Assembly: GCF_020745735.1 (NCBI RefSeq)
Contig: NC_083403.1
Location: 126,064,526 to 126,128,525, forward strand
DNA from: Hemiscyllium ocellatum
Lineage: Eukaryota
Direction: 5' to 3'
DNA length: 64,000 nt
The notes under the pieces are model-generated. The model had not been told where the DNA came from. It searched no databases and saw nothing but the letters and a program-made list of their open reading frames with translations. The translations under genes and the position numbers were made by a program. Numbering within the stretch: position 1 is the first letter of the stretch; every line of letters starts with the position of its first letter. Below, in pieces: positions 26,296-38,739 of this stretch.

Positions 26296-27115
26296 TGAGG
26301 TTGTGCAGGACATTGGTGAGGACTTTTCTAGATTACTGTGTCTAGTTCTGGTTGCCCTGCTATAGAAAGGATACTGTTAAACTGGAGAGTGTTCAGAAGA
26401 GATTTCCCAGGGTATTGCCAGAAATGGAGGGTTTGAGTTATAAGAAGATGTTGGATAGGCTGGGACTTTTCTCAGTGGAGTGTAGAAGGTTGAGAGGTGA
26501 TTTTATAGAGGTTTATAAAATCATGAAGGTTACAGATAAGGGGAATGACAGGTGTCATTTCCTAAAGGTGGGGGTTTCACGACTAGGGGGTGTGTTTTAA
26601 GGTGACATGAGAAAGATTTAGAAAAAGGTTCAAGGGCTAATTTGTTTTCCTCAGAAGTGGTTTGTATGTGGAATGAACTTCCAGAGGAAATTTCCACCAT
26701 TCAGTCCCACCTGCCTGTGCTTGGCCCACATCCCTCCAAACAATTCTTTGGAGAGACAGGGCAAAGAGACAGGAGAATTGGTCACATTGTCTCTTTTCAC
26801 AATTGTGACTCCAGGAACTTGACGTCCAGGTCTCGGAGGGACTGGGATTGGAGGTGGCCAGAAGCTATAAGTACGGTTGCCAGCCTCTGGTGCCTTGGCT
26901 CCATTATACCGGAGACAATTTACTGATCAGGGTGGAGGGGTTACAATTGCAACATTTAAAAGGCATCTGGATGGGTATATGAATAGGAAAGATTTGGCGG
27001 GATATGGCCAAGTGCTGGCAAATGGGACTAGATTACTTTAGGAAACCTGGTCAGCATGGACAAGTTGGACCGAAGGGTCTGTTTCAGTGCTGTATATCTT
27101 TGTGACTCTTTGACT
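26296..27115 (+). mobile_element. CR1 3' fragment interrupted by a ~240-bp insert
   Basis: ORF 26352-26600; CR1 sequence resumes at ~26931. Confidence 0.85.
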
Positions 27116-27612
27116 GTGGGATCAATTAATGGCGACAAATGGCTTTCACAGTCAGTATCCTGATTTCCAAGCAGCAGGATCCGCTTAGCAACAAAACCTG
27201 AAAAGGGAGTGTAGGCCTTGTGGACAGATTTTAATCAAATTCAAATTTAATTTAAATTTAAAACCATTGGAGAACAGAAATATCCATCTCGATGCACCCT
27301 TGCACTTACTTGCCTGCTAATCACTCACATTAATAACTTGGTATATGAATTCAGTGCCAGTGGGATGTGAAATATGAAGGCCCTTATAGATTTTTTCAAA
27401 CAGCATATTCTGTCAGCTGTTCACAATACTGATTGTACACAGCCAAGCTGTGCTTGCAACACAGTGCCTAATACTAGACATGATTCCACAACTGGATAAC
27501 ATTTGCAAAAGAATCCAAAGCGAGCTAAGAATTACGCTGACAACCAAGTTAAGATTGTCAGTTAATCATGTATTGTGACACCTTTGCATATGCTGGAAAG
27601 TACATATATTAA

Positions 27613-27990
27613 AACAAAGTTAAAATCACACAACACCAGTTTATAGTCCAACAGGTTTATTTGGAAGCACAAAATAGGAGCACCGCTCTCGTTCCAAAAG
27701 CTAGTGCTTCCAAATAAACCTGTTGGATTATAATTCATGTAGAGTATGCATCATCCCCAACGATGTGGACTAAACCGAGCTGTAGGTTTCTGAATGAAGA
27801 TGTCAGGTAAAATGTGGGTCAGAAGTCCAAATAGTGGAGGAAACCATCACTCATTGTTAAAAATCACACAACCACCAGGTTTAACTGGAAGCACACTAGC
27901 TTTCGGAGCGACGCTCCTTCATCAGGTGATTGTGGAGGGCTCGATCGTAACGTTGTACACCCCAGTCCAACACCAGCTCCTCCAAGTCAT
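27613..27990. mobile_element. Composite PLE family B palindrome containing an inverted copy of downstream DNA
   Basis: aaaatcacacaacaccag / ccaaataaacctgttgga arms; 27729-27951 is the reverse complement of 28722-28918 joined to 30156-30197. Confidence 0.85.
27894..27928 (-). ncRNA. Minimal hammerhead ribozyme (family B)
   Basis: Exact reverse complement of 28745-28779. Confidence 0.78.
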
Positions 27991-28620
27991 GGCAACCATC
28001 CATATTAAGACAGTGCCCTGTAGCTTGTAGATAGAAAGACCACATCCATTCACTGTGCCTGTTCCAACTTAATACAGGTAACAGACAGTTTCTCTTTCAT
28101 TTCACAAGACAACACACTAACCAGAGTCAATCTGCCTGATTTAAACAAAGTTTGGCAGTCATCATCTACCTGGTCCACTCTCCATAGTATTGCCTCCACG
28201 AACCAGAGGCCACTAACCAGTCAATCAGCACTATTTTCTCACATATTTTATAATAATGTGTTTGGTCTCTTGTGTTACAGTGGTAGTGTCTTTACCTCTG
28301 AGTTAGGAGACCCTGGTTCAAATTTCCTCTACTCCAGAGATGTGAAATAACATCCCTGAACAGATTGATTAGGAAATCTCTATAATGTTCTGTTCCCTCA
28401 CATTCCTATTTTCCATGATTTGTTCTGATAATGTAAAATAGAAAGCTTTGAAAATTGTCATTTCTCAGTAATGCTTACCTTCCTTTACAGTTTATTGGTC
28501 CTTTCAAGTTGAAATGTCTCTCATTTGACCTACTGAGAGTCTATCTGCCACCTGTTATTGGACAGAGAATCTACCTTGGCCATTAATTGTCCAACCCTGA
28601 GAAATTCACAATGAGTGATG

Positions 28621-28830
28621 ATTTGAAGATGCCGGTGTTGGACTGGGGTATACAAAGTTAAAAATCACACAATACCAGTTTATAGTCCAACAGGTTTAAC
28701 TGGAAGCACACAGAATTTTGTGTTACGATCGAGCCCTCCACAATCACCTGATGAAGGAGCGTCGCTCCGAAAGCTAGTGTGCTTCCAATTAAACCTGTTG
28801 GACTATAACCTGGTGTTGTGTGATTTTTAA
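28621..28830. mobile_element. Palindromic PLE insertion (family B)
   Basis: Inverted arms; TSD a(c/t)aatgagtgatg (28608-28620 / 28830-28842). Confidence 0.85.
28745..28779 (+). ncRNA. Minimal type I hammerhead ribozyme (family B)
   Basis: cac-CTGATGA-a-ggagc-gtc-gctcc-GAAAG-CTA-gtg; palindromic AGCT stem III, CUA cleavage triplet. Confidence 0.8.
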
Positions 28831-29010
28831 TAATGAGTGATGGTTTCCTCCACTATTTGGACTTCTGACCCACATTTTACCTGACATCTTCATTCAGAAA
28901 CCTACAGCTCGGTTTAGTAAAAAATGAGGTCTGCAGATGCTGGAGATCACAGCTGCAAATGTGTTGCTGGTCAAAGCACAGCAGGTTAGGCAGCATCTCA
29001 GGAATAGAGA

Positions 29011-29046
29011 ATTCGACGTTTCGAGCATAAGCCCTTCATCAGGAAT
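29011..29046 (-). ncRNA. Minimal hammerhead ribozyme (family A)
   Basis: Reverse complement of 30051-30086. Confidence 0.8.
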
Positions 29047-30050
29047 AAGAGAGAGAGAGCCAAGCAGGCTGAGATAAAAGGTAGGGAGGAGGGACTAGGG
29101 GGAGGGGCGATGGAGGTGGGATAGGTGGAAGGAGGTCAAGGTGAGGGTGATAGGCCGGAGTGGGGTGGGGGCGGAGAGGTCAGGAAGAGGATTGCAGGTT
29201 AGGAGGGCGGTGCTGAGTTGAGGGAACCGACTGAGACAAGGTGGGGGGAGGGGAAATGAGGAAGCTGGAGAAATCTGAATTCATACCTTGTGGTTGGAGG
29301 GTTCCCAGGCGGAAGATGAGGCGCTCCTCCTCCAGCCGTCGTGTAGTTGTGTTCTGCCGGTGGAGGAGTCCAAGGACCTGCATGTCCTCGGTGGAGTGGG
29401 AGGGGGAGTTAAAGTGTTGAGCCACGGGGTGATTGGGTTGGTTGGTTCGGGCGGCCCAGAGGTGTTCTCTGAAGCGTTCCGCTAGTAAGCGGCCTGTCTC
29501 ACCAATATAGAGGAGGCCACATCGGGTGCAGCGGATGCAATAGATGATGTGTGTGGAGGTACAGGTGAACTTGTGGCAGATATGGAAGGATCCCTTGGGG
29601 CCTTGGAGAAGAAGCGGAACGCTTCAGAGAACACCTCTGGGCCGCCCGAACCAACCAACCCAATCACCCCGTGGCTCAACACTTTAACTCCCCCTCCCAC
29701 TCCACCGAGGACATGCAGGTCCTTGGACTCCTCCACCGGCAGAACACAACTACACGACGGCTGGAGGAGGAGCGCCTCATCTTCCGCCTGGGAACCCTCC
29801 AACCACAAGGTATGAATTCAGATTTCTCCAGCTTCCTCATTTCCCCTCCCCCCACCTTGTCTCAGTCGGTTCCCTCAACTCAGCACCGCCCTCCTAACCC
29901 TGCAATCCTCTTCCTGACCTCTCCGCCCCCACCCCACTCCGGCCTATCACCCTCACCTTGACCTCCTTCCACCTATCCCACCTCCATCGCCCCTCCCCCT
30001 AGTCCCTCCTCCCTACCTTTTATCTCAGCCTGCTTGGCTCTCTCTCTCTT

Positions 30051-30086
30051 ATTCCTGATGAAGGGCTTATGCTCGAAACGTCGAAT
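30051..30086 (+). ncRNA. Minimal hammerhead ribozyme (family A)
   Basis: attc-CTGATGA-a-gggc-ttat-gctc-GAAAC-GTC-gaat. Confidence 0.8.
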
Positions 30087-31629
30087 TCTCTATTCCTGAG
30101 ATGCTGCCTAACCTGCTGTGCTTTGACCAGCAACACATTTGCAGCTCGGTTTAGTCCACATCTTTGGGGATGATGCATACTCTACATGAGTTATAACCTT
30201 GGGTGTCTATTGCTGAATGAAGAAATGCTATCCAAATGGTGGAAATCCCCTTTTAAATTGATTTGCTCACCTCAGGAATTCTGTACAGCCTGAGCTTGAC
30301 AGGAAATGGTTAAGTATTCTAGAATTCCATTCGGATTAGGTGTTCATTTATCCGAAAGTCAATGGCATCCACCAAGCATTCCACTTGAAACCAAATCCAA
30401 GTCTTTTTCTTGTCATTTTCAGGTTATTTTAGGTAGCAGAGATAAATATCCTAAGTTATGTGCTTAATTGTGATACTGTTAACCTTTGCTCTGGTTTGCC
30501 ATTATTTGTCAATCACAGACTCCAGAGCTAGCAGTTTAAATGGAGGTCAACACCATTTGTATAAAAGCAATCTGTGCTGTACAAATACAGCCACTTTTAA
30601 AACAGTTTTCATTTCAAGACAGGTTTGGGCTGAGGTAAACTTGAAAAGTGCATGGTTTGTGCCTGTAACATTTCATCAACATTTGGAATGCATTCTGTCA
30701 GGAACTATTACAGTTTCCAAGAATCTCTGACTGCATTTCTGTTCCACAATCTCAACTTGTCAATGTCATGGATGAAATAATTGATATCATCAGCCCCTTC
30801 TCACGCTCCCTCCATGATAAAACGATGGATGTCTTATATAGTTTCCCAGTGAATGTACTGGTCGCAATGCAGTATCAAAGAATTTTTTTAAATAAGGGTC
30901 TGTTGCTGTTAAATATTTACTGCTCCCACTTCTCTGTCTTTGTGGCCACATTACGCTGAGAGCTGTCGCTGTTGAGACAGTACAATGGTCCCTTTTTAAA
31001 GCTGATGCTTTCACTTCCAGCTTCTGAGCACAGGGAATAAAAGACCCTCCACAGTTGCACAAATGAGCTTGTTCCCTCTCTTGACACCTCGCGACTGCTC
31101 ACTCACTATGGCAAGCACACAGAGGAAGTACACAGAGTTCAGATTGAAATGCCGGCAGCATGCGGGAAAGGGGAAAACCATCTGATTGTGTTTGCATTCT
31201 GCTGGACCCCTCATTCTGCCAACTCTCTGCATCTGCGACATTTATGCAGTCAGCTGTTCAGTAAATCCATGCAATATACTGAGGCAAAAACCTAAATAGC
31301 CCCTATTATACTTAGGCACCTGTGCTTAGCTTACAATATTTAGTATAAAGCAGGATTGTTGCTAAGGGTTACAGATTGATTTCAAATCCTCCCCCTTCTT
31401 ACATACATCGCTTTATTATTGAACATCAGTAGCTGTTTTATCTTGAATAATAAGTTTGATGTATTACATTTACGGGAAGGAGAATAAGGAGGTTGAGAAA
31501 TAAGAATGAGCAAAAGGAGTACAGATACAACACAAGTGACTGAAGGTTGTGATGCGAACTAATAAAGCCACATCAAAAATAAATTGTGCGGATGGTTTAG
31601 TTCTAAACTGATAGCACTGAAATGCAGAG

Positions 31630-31807
31630 TTAAAAATCACACAACACCAGATTATGGTCCAACAGGTTTACTTGGAAGCACTAGCTTTCGGAGGGCTGCT
31701 CCTTCCTCAGATGGTTGTAAAAGATCTTAAGACACAGAATTTATAGCAAAACCATTGTGATTTTTAACTTTGTACACCCCAGTCCAACACCAGCACCTCC
31801 AAATCAT
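31630..31807. mobile_element. PLE family B insertion with inverted ends; HHR on the minus strand at 31679-31713
   Basis: Homologous to 28621-28830; core CTGAGGA..GAAAGCTA; imperfect ~12-bp TSD. Confidence 0.75.
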
Positions 31808-32427
31808 GAAAAGTAGAGAGGTTGCATTAAACTTGTACCAAACATCAAGCATGATTAAAATATTATGTGCAGCTTTGATCACTGCATAATAAGAAAATTG
31901 TAGGTTCTATTTTATGTTCCCTCCCCTCCACCCCGACCAGGCATGTTTTTGACAGGGTGGGGTCTGAGGGGTGCGCATAAAATATGTTAACGCCTCCTCT
32001 TTTCCACTCACCAGTTCCCCACAATAAGGCGATAGGTGAGTCACTCATTCTGCCACGTATCTTTAGGCTTATCGATATCTGTTTGGATTGAAATGCAATT
32101 GTGTACAAATGTCTATCCTAGACCTCCCTGCAGCAGAGTCAAGTGACCTCAACCATGAGGAGCGCAGGCTGTAGGCAGGCACCTTACACTTCACTTCAAC
32201 AAAGTCCTTGTGTTGAACACACTGCTGCGTTTTAAACTTGAAACATGGTGTTAGAAGTGGTGAGTGTCCAGAGCTGAAACAAAACGCACAGCTGCAGAGT
32301 TGTGAGCTGCTACTGAAAAAAGGGAAAAAAAGCAAAGACCACAATAAAAACACTGCTTAGATGAAAGTGGTTGCAGCTTTTCCCCTACCAGCTCCGGTTC
32401 AAATTACTGAGGATACTTCCATGAACA

Positions 32428-32739
32428 ATCATAGATTCCCTGCGGGCCAGGGTGAAAGCAGGCCATTCAGCCCAACACCGACTCTCTGAATAGCACCCCA
32501 CCCAGACCTACCCCATCCTTGTAACCCTGCATTTCCAATGGATAATTCACCTAACCTGCACCTCGCTGGGCAATTTAGCATGGCCAATCTACACATCTTT
32601 GCTCTGTGGGATGAAATGGGAGCTCCTGGAGGACATCCACGCAGACACGGGGAGAATGTGAAAACTTCAGGGTGGGATCGAAGCCAGGTCCCTGGTGTTG
32701 TAAGGCAGCAATGTTAACCACTGAGCCATTGCGCTGCCC
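32428..32739 (-). mobile_element. HE1-type tRNA-derived SINE (diverged)
   Basis: Reverse complement begins gggcagcgcaatggctcagtggttaacattgctgcc; B-box ggcttcgatccc. Confidence 0.8.
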
Positions 32740-32859
32740 AACAACAATGGCAGAATTATGCAACAACAGGCTTGCAGGAGCAAATCAGAACAAGTACAAA
32801 TTGTTATAAGTTTACCTTTTGGCAAGAGATTGTTTCAAAATATATTCCATCATAAGTCT

Positions 32860-33800
32860 CCCTGAAGAACAGGGAAAAAAAAACAGGATGGAAAATGTAA
32901 AAGCTTTGAAGACACATTTTGAGCCCCAGGTAAATATATTGAGTGCTCAGGAACACATTCAATACTAGGGACCAAAGTGAAAAAGGTCCATTCATCATCA
33001 CATATCACAATTAACTCAGCTTGCAGATAAATTTGCTCAACTAAAGGGAGTGCAAGGGGACAGGATTATATTAAGAATAAGGAATCCAGCTAAAGGTATG
33101 GAAAGTAGTCCAGTTAAAAGACTGATGACACATCACAAGCAAACTACTCTTCCAATGACAAAGAAAGCTATTGATGCCAGAAGAAATGACAGGTATGAAT
33201 GAAAAAGATCTTGATAAAAAAGCAGAAAGCCAAATTTCAATTCAACAAGACTGCTAAGCCATTGTCAGAGCTGCATTTGGAGACTCAGTCAGAGTACAAA
33301 CATTCAACGATCTCAAAAGCCGGTCCAAATGGCCACCTGGGTCTTGCCTGGAGCAGATGTGACCTTGCACAGATGCAGTGGAAATGAATGATGTATCATC
33401 TCAACTGCAAGCTCATTAACCCATAGCCCAGGAGAAAGTGAGGACTGCAGATACTGGAGATCAGAGTCAACACGTGTGGCGCTGGAAAGGCACAACAGGT
33501 CAGGCAGCATCCGAGGAGCAGAAGAATCAATGTTTTGGGTATAAGCCCTTCATCCATAGGCTCAGATGATCAGGAAAAGGAGAATGTAGCACCTACACAG
33601 AGCACACATCAGCTATCAGACTCAGAAATCCACAATAACCCAACAATAGAAATAAAACAACAATGGCTACCACAGCAACAGCAAAATATACAGGAACAAC
33701 ACTCTTTGGTGAAACAGTATCACCAAGATGAACAGCAAATAACAACAAGTATATGTACTGTTAAGAGAACACATGATTTAAAGACTGTTCAATACATATA
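32860..33800 (+). mobile_element. Highly decayed Gypsy-like internal remnants
   Basis: HFEPQVN..TFNTRDQ gag-like string; TVKRT..LK integrase-tail-like string at ~33755. Confidence 0.35.
33431..33553 (-). mobile_element. PLE family A terminal fragment
   Basis: ggagaaagtgaggactgcagat..aagcccttcat. Confidence 0.75.
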
Positions 33801-34917
33801 CAGACACTAATAGAAATAACAAACTGCCCAGGCATGAGAATAGTCATGTATACATTTGGAAATTTGAGTAAATAAAAATGGATATGTGCATCCCTTTTTT
33901 GTGTCGAAAGGAGGAGTGTTTATTATGAATTGCAGTCAGGTACAAATGCCTGTCATAGTCTGCATAGGTCATGTAACCTCTACCATGAGACATCTTAGAC
34001 CTCACTTCAGTAAAGAGTGTGATGAGCACACTGCTGTGTTGTACACTTAATCCACAGGTCAGAATACAAAAGCCATTTATAAAACACCTTTCTTGAAAAG
34101 GCAGGAAACGAGGAGGCTCATTATAGATGGATCATGTGCATTGGAGCACCACCCCGAGGATTTCAGCTCCCCCACTCCCAACCATTTCTCCCCACCTGCC
34201 ATCTAAAACTGGGCACAAGCTGCCTTTCCTACCATATGATGGACCACCCCAATATCTCATTGCCCTTAAAACCCAGTTCTTGCCTTTCTTCATTCTCCAT
34301 GAACTTCTTCCTAAAGACCCAAGGCTACTTGCAGTCCCAGCAGCTTCCAGGACTGATGACTGGGATTGCTGACTTCATTGGTCAATCAGCTCTCAAAGCT
34401 GTAATTTCTTGTTCACTGAGGGGCAGATATCAAACTACTTCTGATGTGCTCTTGCTGTAGAGCAAGCATTTAAATGTTGGTTTGTATGGGGTGGGGAATG
34501 AGCAGCTGTTCCCACTGCCACCCAATCCCTGTGTAAATCAGTCCCTTCAAGCCCTGGAGAAGGTGCAGTAAAGGTTTGTAAGGAAGATATTAAAATTATG
34601 AGGTTATATGTTTCAAGAAAGAATGAACAATGTGGATCTTGAAAAGAGAAGGCTTAAGAGTAAGCCTTTAAAATCACAAAAGACGTTGGTAGAGTGGAGA
34701 GAGAAATGCTAAAGTCTTTCACTGTAAGATAGTCACCAAATTTCAGAATGTGAAACTGGCTACTACAGGAAATAGCAAAAGATAAAAGCATAGATGCATT
34801 TAAGATGAGGCTAAATGTGCATTTGAGGGAGAAAGTGCTCATTGTTCGGTGAGAAAGGATAGGTGGATTCTGAAACATTACTTCTAGAATGGTTGGGCCG
34901 AATGGTCTATTTCTGAG

Positions 34918-35078
34918 GTGAAAGTGGGTACTGCAGATGCTGGAGATTAGAGTCAAGATTAAAGTAGTACTGGAAAAAAGCACAGCAGGTCAGGCAGCAT
35001 CTGAGGAGCAGGAAAATCGATGTTTTGGGTAAAAGCCTGATGAAGGGCTTCCAGCATTACTCTCATCTTGACCCTTGC
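34918..35078. mobile_element. PLE family A insertion, partly palindromic
   Basis: 12-bp TSD tctatttctgag (34906-34917 / 35079-35090). Confidence 0.78.
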
Positions 35079-35339
35079 TCTATTTCTGAGCTGTGTATTC
35101 AATGGAAAGTAAAATTGAATTAATTATAAAAGTCAGCATTTGACCCAGTTAGGTAAGATTGTACACTAAAACATCATGAATGCCAACATGAGGGCGAAAT
35201 TCACAGGCCTCACGTTTACCAAATTGTAATTGGGCCTTAAGTCAACTTTCGTATTTTGGACCAGATCAAAGCTGCTCAAAATATATTAAGAAGAAAGTCC
35301 AGGCCATAATATTTCCTTATTTTGAAGGTAAGTCTAAGG

Positions 35340-35864
35340 CGTTGCATTCCAGATACAATTTGATTAAGCAAAATACACTTTATTTTTACATTTAGTTAAA
35401 ATACAGACAAAATAAAAAGAAAAGAATTGGCTGAACTGTAACTTTATTCAAATGCTTAACAAAATAATATATGTATTAACAATTACTAATTAACCATTCC
35501 AATATAGTAACATCCCATAAACACACCCTCTGGAAAGACAAATTCAGTAAAATAGATTGTCTCACATGCAATTCTAGCACCAGGAAGAGAAGCCCTGTTT
35601 TTAGCTGAAACAGAGAGAGGAAGAGCTTTCACATCCAGCTTCAAGACCTCAGCAACTGCAGAAAGATCAAACTAAAAATCCTGGTTCTGTGGGTGCTTGA
35701 CCCCACCCATTCAGGTTGCTTCTATTGTTTCAACTTTTAAAAAATCCAACTCGTCCAGCTGTATTCTTTATTGGCTTTGAGCAGACTACCTGCCACCTCT
35801 GTCTCAGCCTTTCTTCATTAAAAAAAAGACAAAACATGCCTCTTAAAGCCATAGTATTGTCACA
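35340..35864 (-). mobile_element. Probable LTR of an LTR retrotransposon
   Basis: Minus strand starts TGTGACAATACTATGG and has AATAAA near its far end; family not verified. Confidence 0.4.
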
Positions 35865-36267
35865 CCCTAAACACCATTATTTTCCAAATGTAATTTGTGA
35901 AGTACCAGAAATATTATTCCAAAGGTATCCTTTACATCTGCAGATAGTTTTTGTTTTGTTTTTAATGCCAGCAATTAATATACATCTCACTTTCTCAATG
36001 CCAGTCTATCCAACTTCTAGAAAACTGATGCTATTTCTGTCACAGGATCCAATCTATTGCACTCCTGTGGTGTTCCCAATATCACCATTTGGTTTTCCTG
36101 GGATTTCATATCCACATATGACTCTTGCTAAAAAAAACTCATGAAACTTGTTGGGAAATCTAAATCTCAGGAGGATTGTAAGCTATACTGATGTATGATT
36201 GATAAATATTTGGATGCATTTCTGGAAATCATGATCCCTTGTGTGGAAGCTGCCTTCCATTCAAGAC

Positions 36268-38350
36268 TATAAACATAGGAGGAGCAGAAGTAGGCCATTC
36301 AGCCCATCAAGTCTGCTACACCATTTAATAAGATCCTGGCTGATCTGATAATCCTCCACACTTGTCTACATTTTTCCCATAACCCTCGATTCCCTTACAG
36401 ATTAAAAATCTATCTTAGCATTGAATACATTTAGTAACCCATCCTCAACAGACTTCTGTGATAAAGAATTCCACCAATTTATTACTCTCTGACAGAAGAA
36501 ATTCCTCTTTGACTTTATCTTAAATGTATGACCTCTTATTCTGAGATTATGCCTTTTGATCCTAGAACTTTCCCACATAGGGAAACAACCTCTCTGCATC
36601 TACCCTGTCAAAACCCAGACTCTTGTATTTTTAAATAATGTTTTCACTCATTCTTCTAAACTTCAATTAGTACAAGCCCATCCTACACAAACTCTTCTCA
36701 TAGGAAAATCCCTCCATACCTGAATCAATCCAGTTGAACCTTCTGTGGATAACTTCCAATGCTAGTACATAGTACATCTTTCATTACATAAAGGGACCAA
36801 AATTGTTCACAGTATTCCAAACATTTTCTGATTAATGTCGAGAGTGTGTTGCTGGAAAAGCGTAGCAGGTCAGGCAGCATCCAAGGAGCAGGAGATCCTG
36901 CTCCTCGGATGTTGCCTGACCTGCTGCGCTTTTCCAGCAACACACTCTCGACTCTGATCTCCAACATCTGCAGATCTCATTTTCTCCTAGTTGTCTGATT
37001 AATGCCAGTTTCTTCATTTCCCCTCCCCCCACATTATCCGAGTCCTAAGCCTCCAACTCGGCACCACCCTCATGACCTGTCCATCACCTTTCCTATCTAT
37101 CTGCTCCACCCTCCTCTCTGACCTATCACTTTCTCCCTCACCTTCATCTACCTATTGCATTCCCAGCTACCTTCCCCCTAACCATATACCCCTCCCATTT
37201 ATCTCTCAGCTCCCCGGTCTACTAGCCTCATTCCTGATGAAGGGCTTATGTCCGAAACGTTGATTCTCCTGTTCCTCGGATGCTGCCTGACCTGCTGTGC
37301 GTTTCCAGCAACACACTCTTGACTCTGATCTCCAGCATCTGCAGTCCTCACTTTTTCCTGATTAATGCCTTGTGTAGTTTTACTAAAACTTCCCTACTTT
37401 TATATTCCATTGTTTTTGAACAAAAGGCCAACAGTCTATTTGCTTTCCCTATTACCTGCTGAAATTGTACACTAGCTTTTTAGTGATTCTAAATTCCTCT
37501 GTACTGCTATTTTGCGCAACTATTCTCCATTTAAATAATATTCAACTCTTTTACTCCTCCTGCCAAAGTGCATAACCACACATTTTCCCACATTACATTC
37601 CATCTGGCAAACTCCTGCCCCACACATGCTATCTGTTTATGCCCATTCTTAGATTTTCTGAGGCATCCTCACTTCTCACTTATTTTTGTGTTATCCATTA
37701 CATGCATTTCTGTCATCCAAGTTACTAATATACATTTTAAATTATTATGGTTTCAGCACTGATCTCTACAACACTGTACTAATTACAGGTTTCCGTCTTT
37801 AAAATGTTCCCTTTATCTAAACCCTCTGTCTCCTGTTAGTGAGCCAATCCATTTTAATATACTGCCTCCAAAACCATGGGCTCCTACTAAGTAGACTTAC
37901 ATGCAGTACTTTATTGAATGCCTTTTTGAAATCCAACTACATATTATAATTACTAGTTCCCTTTTAATTATTCTGCTTGTTAATTCCTCAAGAAACCAAT
38001 ACATTTGTCAGTCATGACTTCCTCTTCAAGAAACCACATTAACACTGTTTGCTTTTATTGTGTATTTCTGACTTCTCTGCTATTATAACCTTTAAAATGG
38101 TCTTGATCATTTTCTGAGTGACAAGTGTTAAGCTAACTGGGCTTTGGTGACCAGTTTTTTGTCTCTCTACCTTTTTAAATAACTGTGTTACGTTTGCAAT
38201 TTTCCACTCTGTGGGAGTTTTCCAAAATCTAAGGATTCTTGGAATATTACTAACACCATCCCTGCAGCTACTTCCTTTAAAATTATTATAGTCCAGGGGA
38301 CATGTCGGCCATTTGTCCCTTTAATTACCCCAGTACTTTTTCTCTAGTGA
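36268..38350 (-). mobile_element. Old CR1 LINE (RT to 3' UTR) with nested PLEs
   Basis: RNFFCQRVINWWNSL; LEYCEQFWS. Confidence 0.82.
36838..37357. mobile_element. Two adjacent PLE family A insertions
   Basis: Palindrome 36838-36993 plus terminal repeat 37007-37357 (HHR-like core at 37234); ctgattaatg occurs three times as flank. Confidence 0.82.
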
Positions 38351-38399
38351 TACTTATTTGTGCTTATTTTCTTATCTGAGGAAGCATTTTTTTATATTA

Positions 38400-38700
38400 A
38401 TTCACAGGATGAAGGCATCACTGGCTGGGCCAGCATTTATTGCCCACTCCAAATGCCCAGAGAACAGTTAAGAATCAACGCATTGCTGTGGAGTTACCCG
38501 TAGGTCAGACTAGGTAAAGATGGCAGTTTCCTTCTGTTAAGGACATAAATGCACCAAATAGGTTGACAATCAATTCATGGTTATCATTGGATCCTTAATT
38601 CCAGATATTTATTGGATTCAAATTCCACCATTTCCTATGACAGGATTTGAACCTGGGTCCCCAGCACGTTACAGCAATAGTACCACTAGACCATCGCCTC
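38400..38700 (-). mobile_element. tRNA-derived SINE sharing its tail with the LINE at 7808
   Basis: Reverse complement gaggcgatggtctagtgg..caggttcaaatcc (A and B boxes). Confidence 0.7.
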
Positions 38701-38739
38701 TGGATATACTGGCTTTGGAGTGAGTGCAACAAAGGTTTA

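Larger units (their letters stand above)
27340..28460 (+). mobile_element. Old degenerate PLE (GIY-YIG C-terminus plus terminal repeat) with nested insertions
   Basis: Remnants VYEF.C, KQH, DS..G.HL..NP..AKNYADNQ.KIVS, LE.TYI; continues after 28000. Confidence 0.55.
28919..30141. mobile_element. Young PLE insertion forming a ~533-bp inverted repeat; GIY-YIG endonuclease fragment
   Basis: Minus strand HIIYCIRCTRCGLLYIGETGRLLAERFREH..VAQHF..RRLEEERLIFRLGTLQPQGMN; 14-bp TSD cagctcggtttagt (28905-28918 / 30142-30155). Confidence 0.95.

Noticed and set aside
33535-33810. Gln-rich ORF as a host exon
   Set aside because: Begins inside a PLE fragment; the A/C-rich sequence fits a decayed retrotransposon tail.
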